Assembly: GCF_006345805.1 (NCBI RefSeq)
Contig: NC_043002.1
Coordinates: forward strand, 46,562,001 to 46,626,000
Direction: 5' to 3'
Origin: Octopus sinensis
Lineage: Eukaryota
DNA length: 64,000 nt
Shown here piece by piece: positions 27,187-39,051 of this stretch. The notes under the pieces were generated by a model, which was given only the letters and a program-made list of their open reading frames with translations, had not been told where the DNA came from and searched no databases. Position 1 is the stretch's first letter; each line of letters starts with the position of its first letter. Position numbers and translations under genes: made by a program.

Positions 27187-29230
27187 GCGAACAAACACGG
27201 ATCTTCCACATCCTTGTTTTTGCGGGATATCCTTCGAAGCCTACAAATTCTGCTGCAGTGCTTCTAGGGTCAGCACATACAGAAGGAAATCGAGGGGGAA
27301 CACTTAACAGACCGAACGCATGATACTAGATGATTCTGACAAGTAGCCAATTACTCTGACCATCGAGCAAATGTCGCTGAACATTGTAGCGATCCAGCTT
27401 CTGAGGACAGCTGCTAAGAATTGATAATTGACCCTTTCGAAAGCTTTCGACTGATCTAAATTGATCAAGGTCCCATCCATGCCAGGTTCTTTGCTATGAT
27501 CGGTTGAGGTAGATGTTGTTATAGTTAGATCTGTTTGATACGGTTCATGTCTGTTTCACCTAATAGAGTATCGACGACAAGCGCCAATCTCTTTGCTAAT
27601 ACCTTGGCCCAAATATTCAATATTGCTTTTAGCAGAATTACGGGTCTGAAATTGTTAAAATTTTGCCTTTCTTTTGGATCCTTTCTCAGTAGTACTACAT
27701 TTCTTTTTGCAGGATTGAAAACACTCTCGTTCTGATGCCTGTTACAACAGGTAACTGCCAAAAGGCTCCCGAGCAAGTTTGGCGCATGATTATATAGTTG
27801 GTAGAGTCATCTAGCCCTGGAGACTTCTTTCTCGTGCAGCTAGCCTTTGTTTCCTGTATTTCGTCAGCTGTTATGGGCCTTTCGCAGAACTACGCGTCGC
27901 CTATGGCAGGCTACCGGTAAGCGGTAGTATCCACTCCCGTCTCCAGTCCACCATCTACCTCAAATAGTTTCGCGAAGTGACATTGAAGATCCGCATACAC
28001 CTACTTAGAATCGAGTAGCACACATCTCTCCCAATCCCTCGAAGACCGAATTGTGGCTTTGTTGCCACGTCACATCTCTGCCACCCAAGCCCATCGAACA
28101 GCTTTCGTTCTTTCATACCTTAGAGCTCGCAACCTAGTTCTGACAACGCAATCTTCTTGCTTAGCATTGAAGAATTAGTCAAGGGCCAATCTTGTCAGTA
28201 CGTCAATCGCTATGCTTTCCTAAACGCCTCTTGTCGGTTACTAATTAGTTTTATCTCAACTTTAGAATTCTCTATCACTATATCCTTACTAAACCTAATT
28301 GATTTTATCTCCATTCAGTCTAAACACGCCCCCAAGATGGTATTCCAATCGCCAACTAGCACTAAAGTATAGGATGTTCCCAGACACCCAAAGAAATTCG
28401 CCCACTTCGCCCCCGTCGAGTCATACACGGTGTCTCATATAAAGGTACTATTTTCGTTATTGTTCGCTTCCAGGACTACCAACGTACCGTCCGGGTCCTG
28501 AAAGACCGACCATACCTTGAAGTCCAAGACTTTCCGAAACACCACTGCCACAACGTTCTCCATTTTGGACCGAGTAAGAGATGCAAAGATCTCAAAAGTG
28601 TCAAGAATTGGTACTATCTCACATGTGATATAGTACCATTGATGGCTACCACATTTAAACTTAATGACCTGAGATAATCGAGCAGGAGACTCTGCTTTCC
28701 GAGTGACCCCAGGCCACGTGCGTTTTTACACCTTACTCTCAGAGCTGCTATGCTGATAGAAAGAGAAAGAGAAGAAAAGGAAACGGGTTACTCACCTATT
28801 TGGTCATCCCAGAGACTTGATGGTTCGGTTTTTCCATGGGATTTTGAGTTTTATTAATTAAAAAAATTTTTTGCACTCTGAAGGACCTCTCCCTCTGTTT
28901 CAATGTTTTCCTTTCTTCGACGAAGGACATCAGTTTTATTTTAAATTTGTGCTCCTTCTCAACACAAAGTTTGGAGTGAATGTGTTTTGCTGATGTCGTT
29001 GCTTTTGTGTGTTAATTTGCTGATACTATTCTTGTCTGTTTTTCTTTTTGTTGGGGTGAGTGTTATTATTCTTGTTGTTGTAGTTAAGGGTGATGGTGGT
29101 GGAGTTGTGGATTTGCCTGTGATGTAGGTGTGGTTTCGGTGATACTTTCGTGATTTTGGCTCGTTCAGAGCGAGTGCAGCTAATTAAAAATATTTTTTTA
29201 TTTGCTTGTCTGTCCCTCCTCCTCAAAAGA
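27187..29230 (-). mobile_element. Decayed Tx1-clade LINE (ORF1 tail, endonuclease, RT up to just before YADD)
   Basis: Minus-strand peptides RCKNARGLGSLGKQ, VLVGDWNTIL, FNNFRPVILLK, LINLDQSKAFERV, LLYVLTLE align with ORF2 at 53647; many stops and deletions; ORF1 boundary approximate. Confidence 0.85.
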
Positions 29231-29832
29231 TATTTTCACGCCGGAAAGATCCGATGCAGAGTGGGTGGAGATATATTTGCGAATGTATCCATATGAATAG
29301 TGGAAAAAGTGGGGAGACGGAGAGTAATAAAGAAGTTAGGTTGGATATTTTCCCGAGTGTTGAATTTTGGTTTAATAGCTTAAAATAAACATTGGTTTTT
29401 AATAGTTTTATTTTTAAACATATTATATACAATAAACCATAAGCCAATTCTGACAATCAAATAATGTCTGTGTAAACAATATTTCTTGAGAACTTAACAT
29501 TTTCATAATGAGATGCCTGTGAGATCCTCTTGGTATAGTAAGTTGACTTCGACAAGCAGTACGTCTGATGGACTTTTAATTCTACTGAGAACAATGTAGA
29601 ACTGACTACATTTGAACACGTTATTAATATTGTAGGGAAAGTGACTTATAAAATTTAACAGAGAAACACGAGTTCGTAAGTTATCTTGAGGGAAATTTAA
29701 GGAACGGGGATTCACAACTTTCTTTCCATTAATGATTGTGTTGATAAAGAATAAAAAGCTTTGAATGATACAATGCACTATAATACAGACAATGGACAAT
29801 ATACCTGTTGTAATTTAGTCATCCATAATGTG

Positions 29833-29869
29833 ATATGATATTTCGGAATAATATTCCTTCTTCAGATAT
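29833..29869 (-). ncRNA. Minimal type I hammerhead ribozyme motif (canonical CUGAAGA core)
   Basis: atat-CTGAAGA-A-GGAAT(att)ATTCC-GAAA-TA-TC-atat: stem I atat/atat, 5-bp stem II, palindromic ATAT stem III, AUC cleavage triplet. Confidence 0.7.
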
Positions 29870-30634
29870 TCTTAGATGGAGTCGCTGCTATAATCGGTTT
29901 TCTAACGGCTTTTCTTTTTTATTTTTTGGAAGCGTCTCAGCAGTGATCTCATGATGCTCCTTCCGGAATTCCTCATGAGAAGTGTGTGAGGTCGGCCATG
30001 TCCCAATCTCGTGTGTGCTGGTACATCCGTAGCGCTTCTTCTAACTTACGTATTATACGTGCAGCTTCCTTTTTTCCCTTCTTTTTTCTCTTCTCTTCTT
30101 TTTTTCTGTTATAAACTACAGATGAGCATATTATCAAAAATGAACGCATCCAGATGTATCTAAATAATGCATTGATTACCAACCTCCAGCCTGTTGTTAA
30201 TTTGGGACCCTTTAATTCTTAAATTACCCAAATTTCTTTCATTGGCCTCTATTGTGACTGTTATGCTTTTGTCGGTGTTCCGGCATCTCTCTAAATGTTT
30301 TCTGAAGGAGGGGGCTCTCGTGTTCAGATGTTCTTTGATGCGGACGTGTAACGGTCTTGTTGTGCTACCCACATAGAGCATTTGTTACATTGTATTCTAT
30401 ACACAACATTTACCCGTTGGCATAAATCTGTGTCACGGATGGGACAGTTTGTTAGTGTATATTGATTGTTGTCCATTGTTCGTTTCTCAGTGAGGTGTCC
30501 TCTGAGAGAGGGGCCGGAGTGGGCTAGTTGTATGTCTAACCCTTCTCTTCTTATGGCTCTTCGGATGGATGTAGTTATCCTCTCGCTAAAATGGGGTATT
30601 TTAAAGAAATATTCGTTGTTGGTTTTCTATGTGT

Positions 30635-30698
<64 letters not shown>

Positions 30699-30752
30699 AT
30701 GAAAAAACAAGTCTGGATAGAAAATGCTAAAATAATTTTATAAAGAACATTT

Positions 30753-30788
30753 CAGTACCGGTTTCAGTCATTGAGACTTTTTCAACTG
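30753..30788 (-). ncRNA. Minimal hammerhead motif with U3-A8 core variant
   Basis: cag-TTGAAAA-AGTC(tcaat)GACT-GAAAC-CG-GTA-ctg; palindromic stem III ACCGGT; degenerate homolog at ~45597-45630. Confidence 0.6.
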
Positions 30789-31109
30789 TAACAATTAAAT
30801 AATTAAATTTAGAAAAATTAAAAGAAAAGTTTTTTTAAAAGAATATTTGTATAGTGTTCAAATATAAGTGGCATTTTCCTTGTTTCTGCCTGTCTCTGTC
30901 TCTCTTGTTTACTCTTGTGGGATCGATCCGGTACAAGACAAGAAATCTGGATTATTTTTCCTGTTTTCTTTTTTTACTTAATTTTTCAGAGCGGTCGGGT
31001 TCATTTTTAGTATTCTTGTTTGTGAGAGCAGTCGAGTTTATTTAAGATATTCTCATTTCACGAGGATATTGGTTTTGCCTTGGCGAAGGTTTGCGCTCTC
31101 TGGGTACTC

Positions 31110-31179
<70 letters not shown>

Positions 31180-31182
31180 GAA

Positions 31183-31610
31183 GGCGGTAGGCTGGCAGAA
31201 TCGTTAGCACGCCGGGCAAAATGCTTAGCGGCATTTCATCCGTCCTTATGTTCTAAGTTCAAATTCCGCCGAGGTCAACTTTGCCTTTCATCCTTTCGAG
31301 GTTGATGACATATGTACCAGTTATGCACCGGAGTCGATGAAATCGACATGCTCCTCCCCCAAAATTTCAGGCCTTGTGCCTATAGTAGAAAGGATGTTTA
31401 TTTTTATTTAGGTGGTGAGCTGGCAGAATCGTTAAGGTGTTGGTAAAAAAAATGTTGCGCCGCATTGTTCCTGTTCTGAATTGAAATCCCGCCGGGGTCA
31501 GCTTTGACTTGCATTCTTTCAAGGGTCGATAAAAATATTGGAGTTGATGCTATCGAATAAATCCTTCACTTCAAAGTTGCTAGTCTTTTGCCGAAATTCT
31601 AAACCATTGA
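31183..31610 (+). mobile_element. Two adjacent SINE family A copies after a (TTA)n tract
   Basis: ggctggcagaatcgttagcacgccggg...gttcaaattccgccgaggtcaactttgcctttcatcc at 31183-31396; decayed second copy 31411-31610. Confidence 0.8.
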
Positions 31611-32384
31611 TATCGTTGTTGTTACCGCTGCTTCTACTGCTGTTGTTGTTAGTGTTTCTTTCCTTGGTAATACTTATTTATTTGTACTCTGTTTTATGGA
31701 TCAAATTTCGTTGAGCTTTTCAAAAATTGAATTACTATTTGTGTTGTCTTATTTGTTCAAAATTATTATTCAGGAAGATAAGAGAGTTTATTTATTCATT
31801 TTTTATTTTGATATTTAATACAATTGAAAATTGTGGCCTTACTATTGCTACTGGTATTCCAATTCACGTTCCATCAAAATATTTGCTGTTTTGTTGTTTT
31901 CTAGATCAAACATTACTAAGATCTTTTTTCTTCTGTCGTATTTACAGGGAAGGGGGGGGGGATATTTCGAAAATATGATCTTCGCTAGCCGACACTCAAA
32001 ACAAAATGTCACCAAACACACTTCAGCAACGAAGAAAAACACCTGCACAAGCAAAACGCCAAAGCTTTAAAATTTATAAATGCAAATACGAAAAAAAAAA
32101 AAAAAAAAAATAGCGTAGTTGGTGTTTCTGGCACAAGAAAGAGTTTATTTAAAGACTGGTGCGATAAGAAAGATTGCTAACAATAATAGTAACGATAATG
32201 GTTTCATATTTTGGCACAAGGCCAGCAATTTCTAAGGAACGTCAATGATAACGACGAAAGAAGTGGGAATGAAGAATTAAAATTCGCCATTTTTCAAATA
32301 TCGAACCACGATCTTATAGACATAATGATGCATTAGTGACGCAAGTGTTATTGTTGTCATATGTTGATTTATTATTTATTTATG

Positions 32385-32693
32385 CACCCTTTACAAGCCT
32401 AGCCAGGATCACGGGCCCGGTTTCCCGGTTTCTGTGGCGTATGTGTCCCCCCCCCCCAGCTGGACGGGACGCCAGTCCATCGCAGCGTTACTCAAGAAAC
32501 AGGAAGAAAGAGTGAGAGAAAGTTGGGGCGAAAGAGTACAACAGGTGTCGCCACCCCCACCCCCTGCCGGTGCCTCGTGGAGCTTTTAGGTGTTTTCGCT
32601 CAATAAACACACACAACGCCCGGTCTGGGAATCGAAACTGCGATCTTCCGACCGCGAGTCCGCTGCCCTAACCACTGGGCCATTTCGCCTCCA
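32385..32693 (-). mobile_element. SINE family C variant
   Basis: Tail shared with 2975-3080; head shared with 40045-40140. Confidence 0.75.
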
Positions 32694-32844
32694 CCATATG
32701 TTGATTACTGAGAAGCTATTGGGACAGGAATATAGAGGACAATCGAAGGAAAGGAAATTAATAAAGCTAGCAGAAAAATATTACAGTTAACCCAAAGAAG
32801 CATGTCCTGAAGACGTGAATTGTTTCTAAACTAAACGCATTCTG

Positions 32845-33687
32845 TGAGCTGGCAGAATCATTAGCAAGCCGGGTGAAATGCTTAGCAGTATTTCGTCTGC
32901 CGCTACGTTCTGCCGAGGTTGACTTTACTTTTCATCCCTTCGGGCTCGATTAAATAAGTACCAGTTACGTAGTGGGGTCGATATAATCGAATTAATCCCT
33001 TTGTCTGTCCTTGTTTGTCTCCTCTATGTTTAGCCCCTTGTAGGCAATAACGAAATAAGAATCGTTAGCACGCCGGACGAAATATTTAGCGGTATTTCAC
33101 CCGTCACTACGTTTTAAGTTCAAATTCCGCCGAGGTCGACTTTACCTTTCATCCATTCGGGGTTGATAAAATAAGTACCAGTTGAACACTGGGGTCGATG
33201 TAATCGAATCATTTCCTCCCCGAAAATTGCTGCCCTTGTGCCAAAATTTGAAACCATTATTTATAAGGCGACGAGCTGGTCGAATCGTTAGCACGCCGCA
33301 ATGCTTACCGGTATTTCGCCCGTCGCTACGTTCTAAGTTCAAATTCCGCCGAGGTCAACTTTGCCTGTTATCCTTTCGGGGTCGATAAATTAAGTAGCTG
33401 TTGAGCATTGGGGTCGATGTAATCGACACATTCCCTACCCCAAAATGGCTGCCCTTGTTGCAAAATTTGAAACTATTGTTATTGTTTAGGCGGCGAACTG
33501 GCAGACACCTTACCACGCCGGACGAAATCCTTACTGGCATTTCTTCAGACTTTGCATTCTGAGTTCAAATGCCGCCAGAGTCAACTTTGTCTTTTATCTT
33601 TTCGGGGTTCATAGAATGAATACTAGTTGTGCACTGGACTTACCTCCTCTTCCAAACTTGTTGGCCTTGTCCCAAAATTTGAAATCC
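32845..33687 (+). mobile_element. Head-to-tail array of four SINE family A copies
   Basis: Units start at ~32845, 33058, 33266 and 33489. Confidence 0.85.
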
Positions 33688-34224
33688 TTACTACTGTTAT
33701 TGTTGTATGCCTTTTCTCATGTTCCCTCCTCTCCCTTTCTTCCCCTTATCATTTTCATAGAAACCTCAACATATATTGTAAACTGTTCTTGAACTGGGCT
33801 CCCTCATCTGATGCCCTTGTGGCAAATAAGAGAAATCTTTATTGTTATAATTTACATCCCATATTTTTCTTCCTCTCCCACCCACCAGATAGCTATCAAT
33901 CTCATCATCATTGAATTAATCTTGCTGTCAGTGGTAACCAGATGCAGTCAACTATTTTAGAACACAAATCTTTCTCAAGATTCGCGATATTGATATCACT
34001 ACAGTTTTATGTCGTCTATCTTTCTTGGACAATGGTCACACATGAAGCGTTCGCAATCAAACACACACGCGCGTATATGTATGTGCTTGTGTGCAAAAAG
34101 CGGAAGATAAATAGACAGACAGATAGGTAGATAGATAGGTAGGTAGGTAAATAGATAGGTAGACAGATAGATAGGTAGATAGATATGTAGATAGATAGAT
34201 AGATAGATAGATAGACAGATAGAC

Positions 34225-34257
<33 letters not shown>

Positions 34258-34637
34258 TATGGATAGATAGATAGAGGGATGCAGAGCGGAAGAACCAACA
34301 TGCTCACACGTCCGTCTACACCTTCGCCTAACGTTTTAAATTTCCTGTAGTATATGACTCATAAACTAGTTTCACGCTCGGTTTGTTCGGCGCGGGCACA
34401 CGCGCGTGCGCACCCCCCACACACAGACCCCCCCACACGCACTTATTAACACAACTATGCACTCGCACTATGCATATATACACACAACCTGGAGAATGTT
34501 TGTGCAACATGCCTGCCTGCATATGTGCATGTAAGCTTCAATTGTATTTTTATAAATTTTGTCTTTCCTAATATCATATATCCTGGAAGTTTCAGTCTAT
34601 GTGTGATAGTTAAGGGATAGAATGAAATAATAAGTAG

Positions 34638-34639
<2 letters not shown>

Positions 34640-34709
<70 letters not shown>

Positions 34710-35340
34710 GAGAGGGAGAGAGAGAGAGTGATATAGAGGATAAGGGGAAGTGAGGGGAGAGAGATAAGGAAGAGATAGGGAGAGATGGGGACAGAGAGGA
34801 GGAGATAGGGAAGTTGGGGAGATATAAAGGATAAGGAAGTGGAGAGGAAGAGGAAATGGAGAGTGGGAGAGAGAGAGGGAGAGAGAGAGAGTGATATAGA
34901 GGATAAGGGGAAGTGAGGGGAGAGAGATAAGGAAGAGATAGGAGAGATGGGGACAGAGAGGAGGAGATAGGGAAGTTGGGGAGATATAAAGGATAAGGAA
35001 GTGGAGAGGAAGAGGAAATGGAGAGTGGGAGAGAGAGAGGGAGAGAGAGAGGGAGAGAGAGAGGGAGAGGAGATAAGGGCGACACAGAGAGATAGAAGGG
35101 AGAAATAAGGAGGACGAGAGAGGGTGTGACGGGGAGAACAGAGAAAAAAGGAAAGAAAGAGGGAGAGAGAAAGGGGAAGGACTGGGGAGAGTAAGAGAGA
35201 GGAGGAGAAAGAGGAAGAGAGAAAGGGAGTAAGAGAGGGAAAGAGAAGGAGGCAGGGAGAGGGAGGGGAGGAGAAAGGAAGAGAGAGAGAGAGAGAGAGA
35301 AATGGAAATGAGAGAGGGAGAGAGAGAGAGAGAGAGAGGA
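34640..35340. repeat. Polypurine (GA)n-rich tract with an internal ~160-bp tandem duplication
   Basis: Directly visible; duplicated units ~34728-34889 and ~34890-35050. Confidence 0.9.
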
Positions 35341-35706
35341 AGAGGTAAAGAAAGATAGTGGTTGAGACGTGGAAAAGTACTTGTTGTAGTTATTGCTCTT
35401 GCCCTTGTTGCTGTTGCTGTTGTTGATGTTATTTAGTCCTGTTTTTACCAGTTCCGAGCAGGCCATTGCTCGAAGACGTTGCAGCTGTGATAAACTCCCC
35501 GTCTTTTTATATATTTAGGAATACAAATCCTACACTCTCCGTTATGTTCTCCCCTCTTGACTGCTATTTCTAGTAACGTCTGACGGTCATGTACAAGTAC
35601 CTTTATCTCAAAAGAGAAGTTACAGTTTTAACTATAAAATCTCGACGAGCAATTCTCTGTCCTAACTTCAGTGCATGTTACTGGATGCAAACGAGGGTTT
35701 TTTTTT

Positions 35707-36134
35707 GATCTTTTCGGTTTGAACGGCAGTTTTTTAAAATAAATTCCACGTAACTAAGCACTTTTAAACTTCGTATACTGGTAGAATGTTTATAAAACAT
35801 GTTTTTATCTTGGCTTTATTGAGAAAATTCTATAGTTTGTAAGATATTTGTTGTTTTTTCTTCAATTTCTGCAATTTCAACCAATCAATGAAGTCTATTG
35901 AGGTGAAAAGCTTTCTGTGCCGTATGAATATGTCCCCTCGTTTAAGAAACAGGTTGGGTTTATTTACATTTCTGAAGAAAAAGAGATACCCTTCCCCCCA
36001 CCCTAACCCTAACCCTAACTAACACTAACCGTAAAACAGATTGAAATGCAATAGATCGATACTAGGGTCATAATTATGGGTGACAATTTCATATGACACC
36101 GCTAGAAAAAACTGCCGTTCAAATCGAAATGATC
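35707..36134. mobile_element. MITE-like element with 28-bp TIRs and internal (CCCTAA)n
   Basis: gatcttttcggtttgaacggcagttttt vs aaaaactgccgttcaaatcgaaatgatc (26/28 match). Confidence 0.75.
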
Positions 36135-36751
36135 CGGGGCTTTTTTTCCCCGAAATATAATTAGTACTTGACATAGACATACAGACAGGCTGTCGTCGTC
36201 GTTGTGAGTTGTTGTGGTAGTAGCGGTGGTTGTGTTTCCCCAGTAAAACGCAAGGCATGACTAAGCGAGACGTACAGATCTGTTTTTTTTTCTCTTCCAG
36301 TTTTTACCAAGTCTCTTCACCCATAGATTCTGGTGGTGATCAAAAGCGGATACAAGCAAAGTAGATTAACAATAGCTGCTAATGTTTTTTCATGGTATTC
36401 ATTTCCAGTTTCCCGTCACGTTAAGCGCAGATGAGATATGATCTTTATCACTTCACTACATTGAGCTACGTTCAGCCTATGAACAAAAAGCTTCTAAGCG
36501 GCTGCTCGATCTACTAGAAACTGCAACCAAGTTCTCTCAAATTGTACCATACTCTTAAATATAGGCGAATACATTGAACAACGTGGTTTCTGTGTCTCTG
36601 TAAAATACAGGTTGGTACGCCTATTATCATAAGTCAACTCGATCGGAGAACCTGATGCTAAACAACAAAAACAATAACTTACCACTAGACGTTGTCCATT
36701 AAGGACCAAATGTATATCGAAGTTGAAAGTAAGATACCAACCGTCAACATA

Positions 36752-37263
36752 CTGCAAATCCTCGAGTATAATCCGCATGTTTTCCCCCAAATTTAACGGT
36801 CAAAATCCCTAGAGCGTACTATATACGAGGTTAAAAATGAAAATTATTTTCTAAGCAATGTCCGAGTCTCTATTTGCTGTCCGGCAATTTTTATTCAGAC
36901 GCGTTTTGTGATGTCGGGCGCGAAAATACCTTAAGCTAAGCCTGAAAGCAATTAAGTCATAAAAGAATCATCCATAACTTGCAGTAAGCAACATTTATTA
37001 AACGTTATTACTGTTATTTCTTTATTTTCTGCAAACAAAATGCACAAAAAAGCTACACGTTTGCATTATGTTATATATACAATAATAATAAAGGACGTTA
37101 CTGTATACATTTTTACAAACCAAGGACGTTATATAGACCTCCTGGCTCAAGTTAGAGAAGGGGTGCGTATAATAGACAAAGTTTAGGTTTTTCAGAGGTA
37201 CAGCCCCCTAAAAAAAACCCTGCGTATTATACTCAAGGGCGGACTATACTCGAGGATTTACGG
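36752..37263. mobile_element. pogo/Tc1-type MITE with TA TSD
   Basis: TA-ctgcaaatcctcgagtataatccgc ... gcggactatactcgaggatttacgg-TA. Confidence 0.75.
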
Positions 37264-37589
37264 TAATCACCTGTGGTTCTAGTGTTTAAAACCAATGCTG
37301 CACATGTGAACCATTAGCGCTCCATATCAAAAAGGAAGCCATGATATTTTCTTTTTCACAAAAGACGATATAACACCTAAAACTAACTAAAAGTAAATTA
37401 ACATGTATCTTATTACATGATGCATAATTGATTTGTTAATTTGAAATATTTATGTCCTTCTGTGTTGGCTGCGTAGTTAGGTTGCTTTGAAACCAAACTA
37501 TTTCGGGTTCAGTCGTACTGCGCAATATCGTGGACATGTGTCATCTACCATAGACCCAAGCCAACCAATGTCTTGTGAGTGAATATGGT

Positions 37590-37835
37590 AGGTGGAAGAG
37601 AAACTCTGTGGAGGCCCGTCATGTGTGTGTGTGTGTATGTGTGTGTGTGTGTGCGTGCGCGTGCGTGTGTGTGTGTGTGTTTGTGCTTGTTATGCCTACT
37701 GCTTGACAATCAGTATTGGCGGTTCAGCAAAAGAAATTGATAAAATAAGTAGGAGATCTAAACAAAATAAGTACTGGGAGCAATTCGTTAGATTAAAACT
37801 ATTCAAGGGACGCCTCAGCACGTCTGTAGTCTAAT
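37590..37835 (+). mobile_element. SINE family B, decayed partial copy
   Basis: tgcttgacaatc..ggttcagcaaaag..aaataagtact matches the family B 3' half. Confidence 0.55.
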
Positions 37836-37844
37836 GACTTGTAC

Positions 37845-38135
37845 CCAGGACCCTTGTCACAGCCTCCTTCATCTCAATGTCTTCAATATGGCTGCCACTC
37901 AGGTTCTCCTTTGGGGAACAACCAAAAATTAAAAGAAGCAAGGTCTGAGTTGTAGGGAGGACGAGGAGCAGTTTTGATGCGTATCTCTGTCGAGTAGTTG
38001 GTCGCTAGGATGAAATTGTAGACTGGTGCATTGTTTTGTTGCAAGTACCAGCGACTTTGAGTGCGTGAGTTCTGACCTTTTGCGATGAAATCTCTTCCTG
38101 AACCTCTTCAAAGCCTCCAAAAAGTACTTTTTGTT
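37845..38135 (-). pseudogene. Mariner transposase remnant (DD34D catalytic region)
   Basis: YFLEALKRFRKRFHRKRSEL / WYLQQNNAP / PRPPYNSDLASFNFWLFPK / IEDIEMKEAVTRVL correspond to the mariner HDNA and YSPDLAP motifs; frameshifted. Confidence 0.8.
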
Positions 38136-38561
38136 GATCGTTTGACCCAGTGGATGTAGATTATACTCTTACTGCCGAAAAAAAAAAGGATCGTCATGAG
38201 ATTCCCGGCGGACTTGCTTTGCCTTGCCTTTTGTGCCAGCAAAAAACAGATGCTCAGCTCATACAAGTTAATCTATAAACAGTCTGGAGCATTTCATATG
38301 GCTCTGCTGTGTTTTTGTCCAGTTTAACAGAAAACTTTATTGCATAGCCAGATTCTAAATTGTGTTCACGTCCCAACTGCAATCTGAAAACTAGTCAGAT
38401 GTGACAAGCAATATTTAGTAGGGTGCTGTTACAGCCGTCTTCTTCAATGTGTAATAACAAAAGTTGGCAGATCAGCCTATTAGATGTATAAAATTACAAT
38501 AATGTTGGACAGTTATGACTGCGTCTCTTAGAAAGGTTTCAAAACTTCTGGAATGTACCTC

Positions 38562-38790
38562 TTTCTTTATTACCCACAAGGGGCTAAACACAGAGAGGAC
38601 AAACAAGTACAGACAAACGGATTAAGTCGATTATATCGACCCCAGTGCGTAACTAGTACTTATTTAATCGATCCCGAAAGGATGAAAGGCAAAGTCGACC
38701 TAGGCGGAACTTGAACTCAGAACGTAACGGCAGACGAAATACCGCTAAGCATTTCGTCCGGCGTGCTAACGTTTCTGCCAGCTCGCCGCC
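38562..38790 (-). mobile_element. SINE family A (Tx1-like tail), 8-bp TSD tgtacctc
   Basis: tgtacctc at 38554-38561 and 38791-38798. Confidence 0.85.
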
Positions 38791-38819
38791 TGTACCTCGT
38801 AAAACATAAAAGATATACT

Positions 38820-39051
38820 TATTTCTTTATTATCCACAAGGGGTTAAACATAGAGGGGACAAACAAGGACAGACATAGGTATTAAGTCGATTACATCGAC
38901 CCCCAGTGCGTAACTGGTACTTAATTTATCGACCCCGAAAGGATGAAAAGCAAAGTCGGCCTCGGCGGAATTTGAACTCAGAACGTAGCGCCAGACGAAA
39001 TACCGCTAAGCATTTCGCCCGGAGTGCTAACGTTTCTGCCAGCTCGCCGCC
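38820..39051 (-). mobile_element. SINE family A (Tx1-like tail), 29-bp flanking direct repeat
   Basis: tgtacctcgtaaaacataaaagatatact at 38791-38819 and 39052-39080. Confidence 0.85.

Larger units (their letters stand above)
29460..30910 (-). mobile_element. Penelope-like element remnant 1 (GIY-YIG domain, pLTR-like flanks)
   Basis: LCQRVNVVYRIQCNKC then (frameshift) YVGSTTRPLHVRIKEHL at ~30190-30600; hammerhead motifs at 29833 and 30753 on the same strand. Confidence 0.8.

Noticed and set aside
32807-32831. CTGAAGA...TAAAC hammerhead-like motif
   Set aside because: G12 is missing and no stem II can form.
36002-36022. CCCTAA repeats as a telomere or fusion site
   Set aside because: Only 2-3 units, located inside a TIR element.
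36440-36560. Open frame LHYIELRSAYEQKASKRLLDLLETATKFSQ
   Set aside because: Bounded by stops, with no convincing splice pair and no recognisable family.
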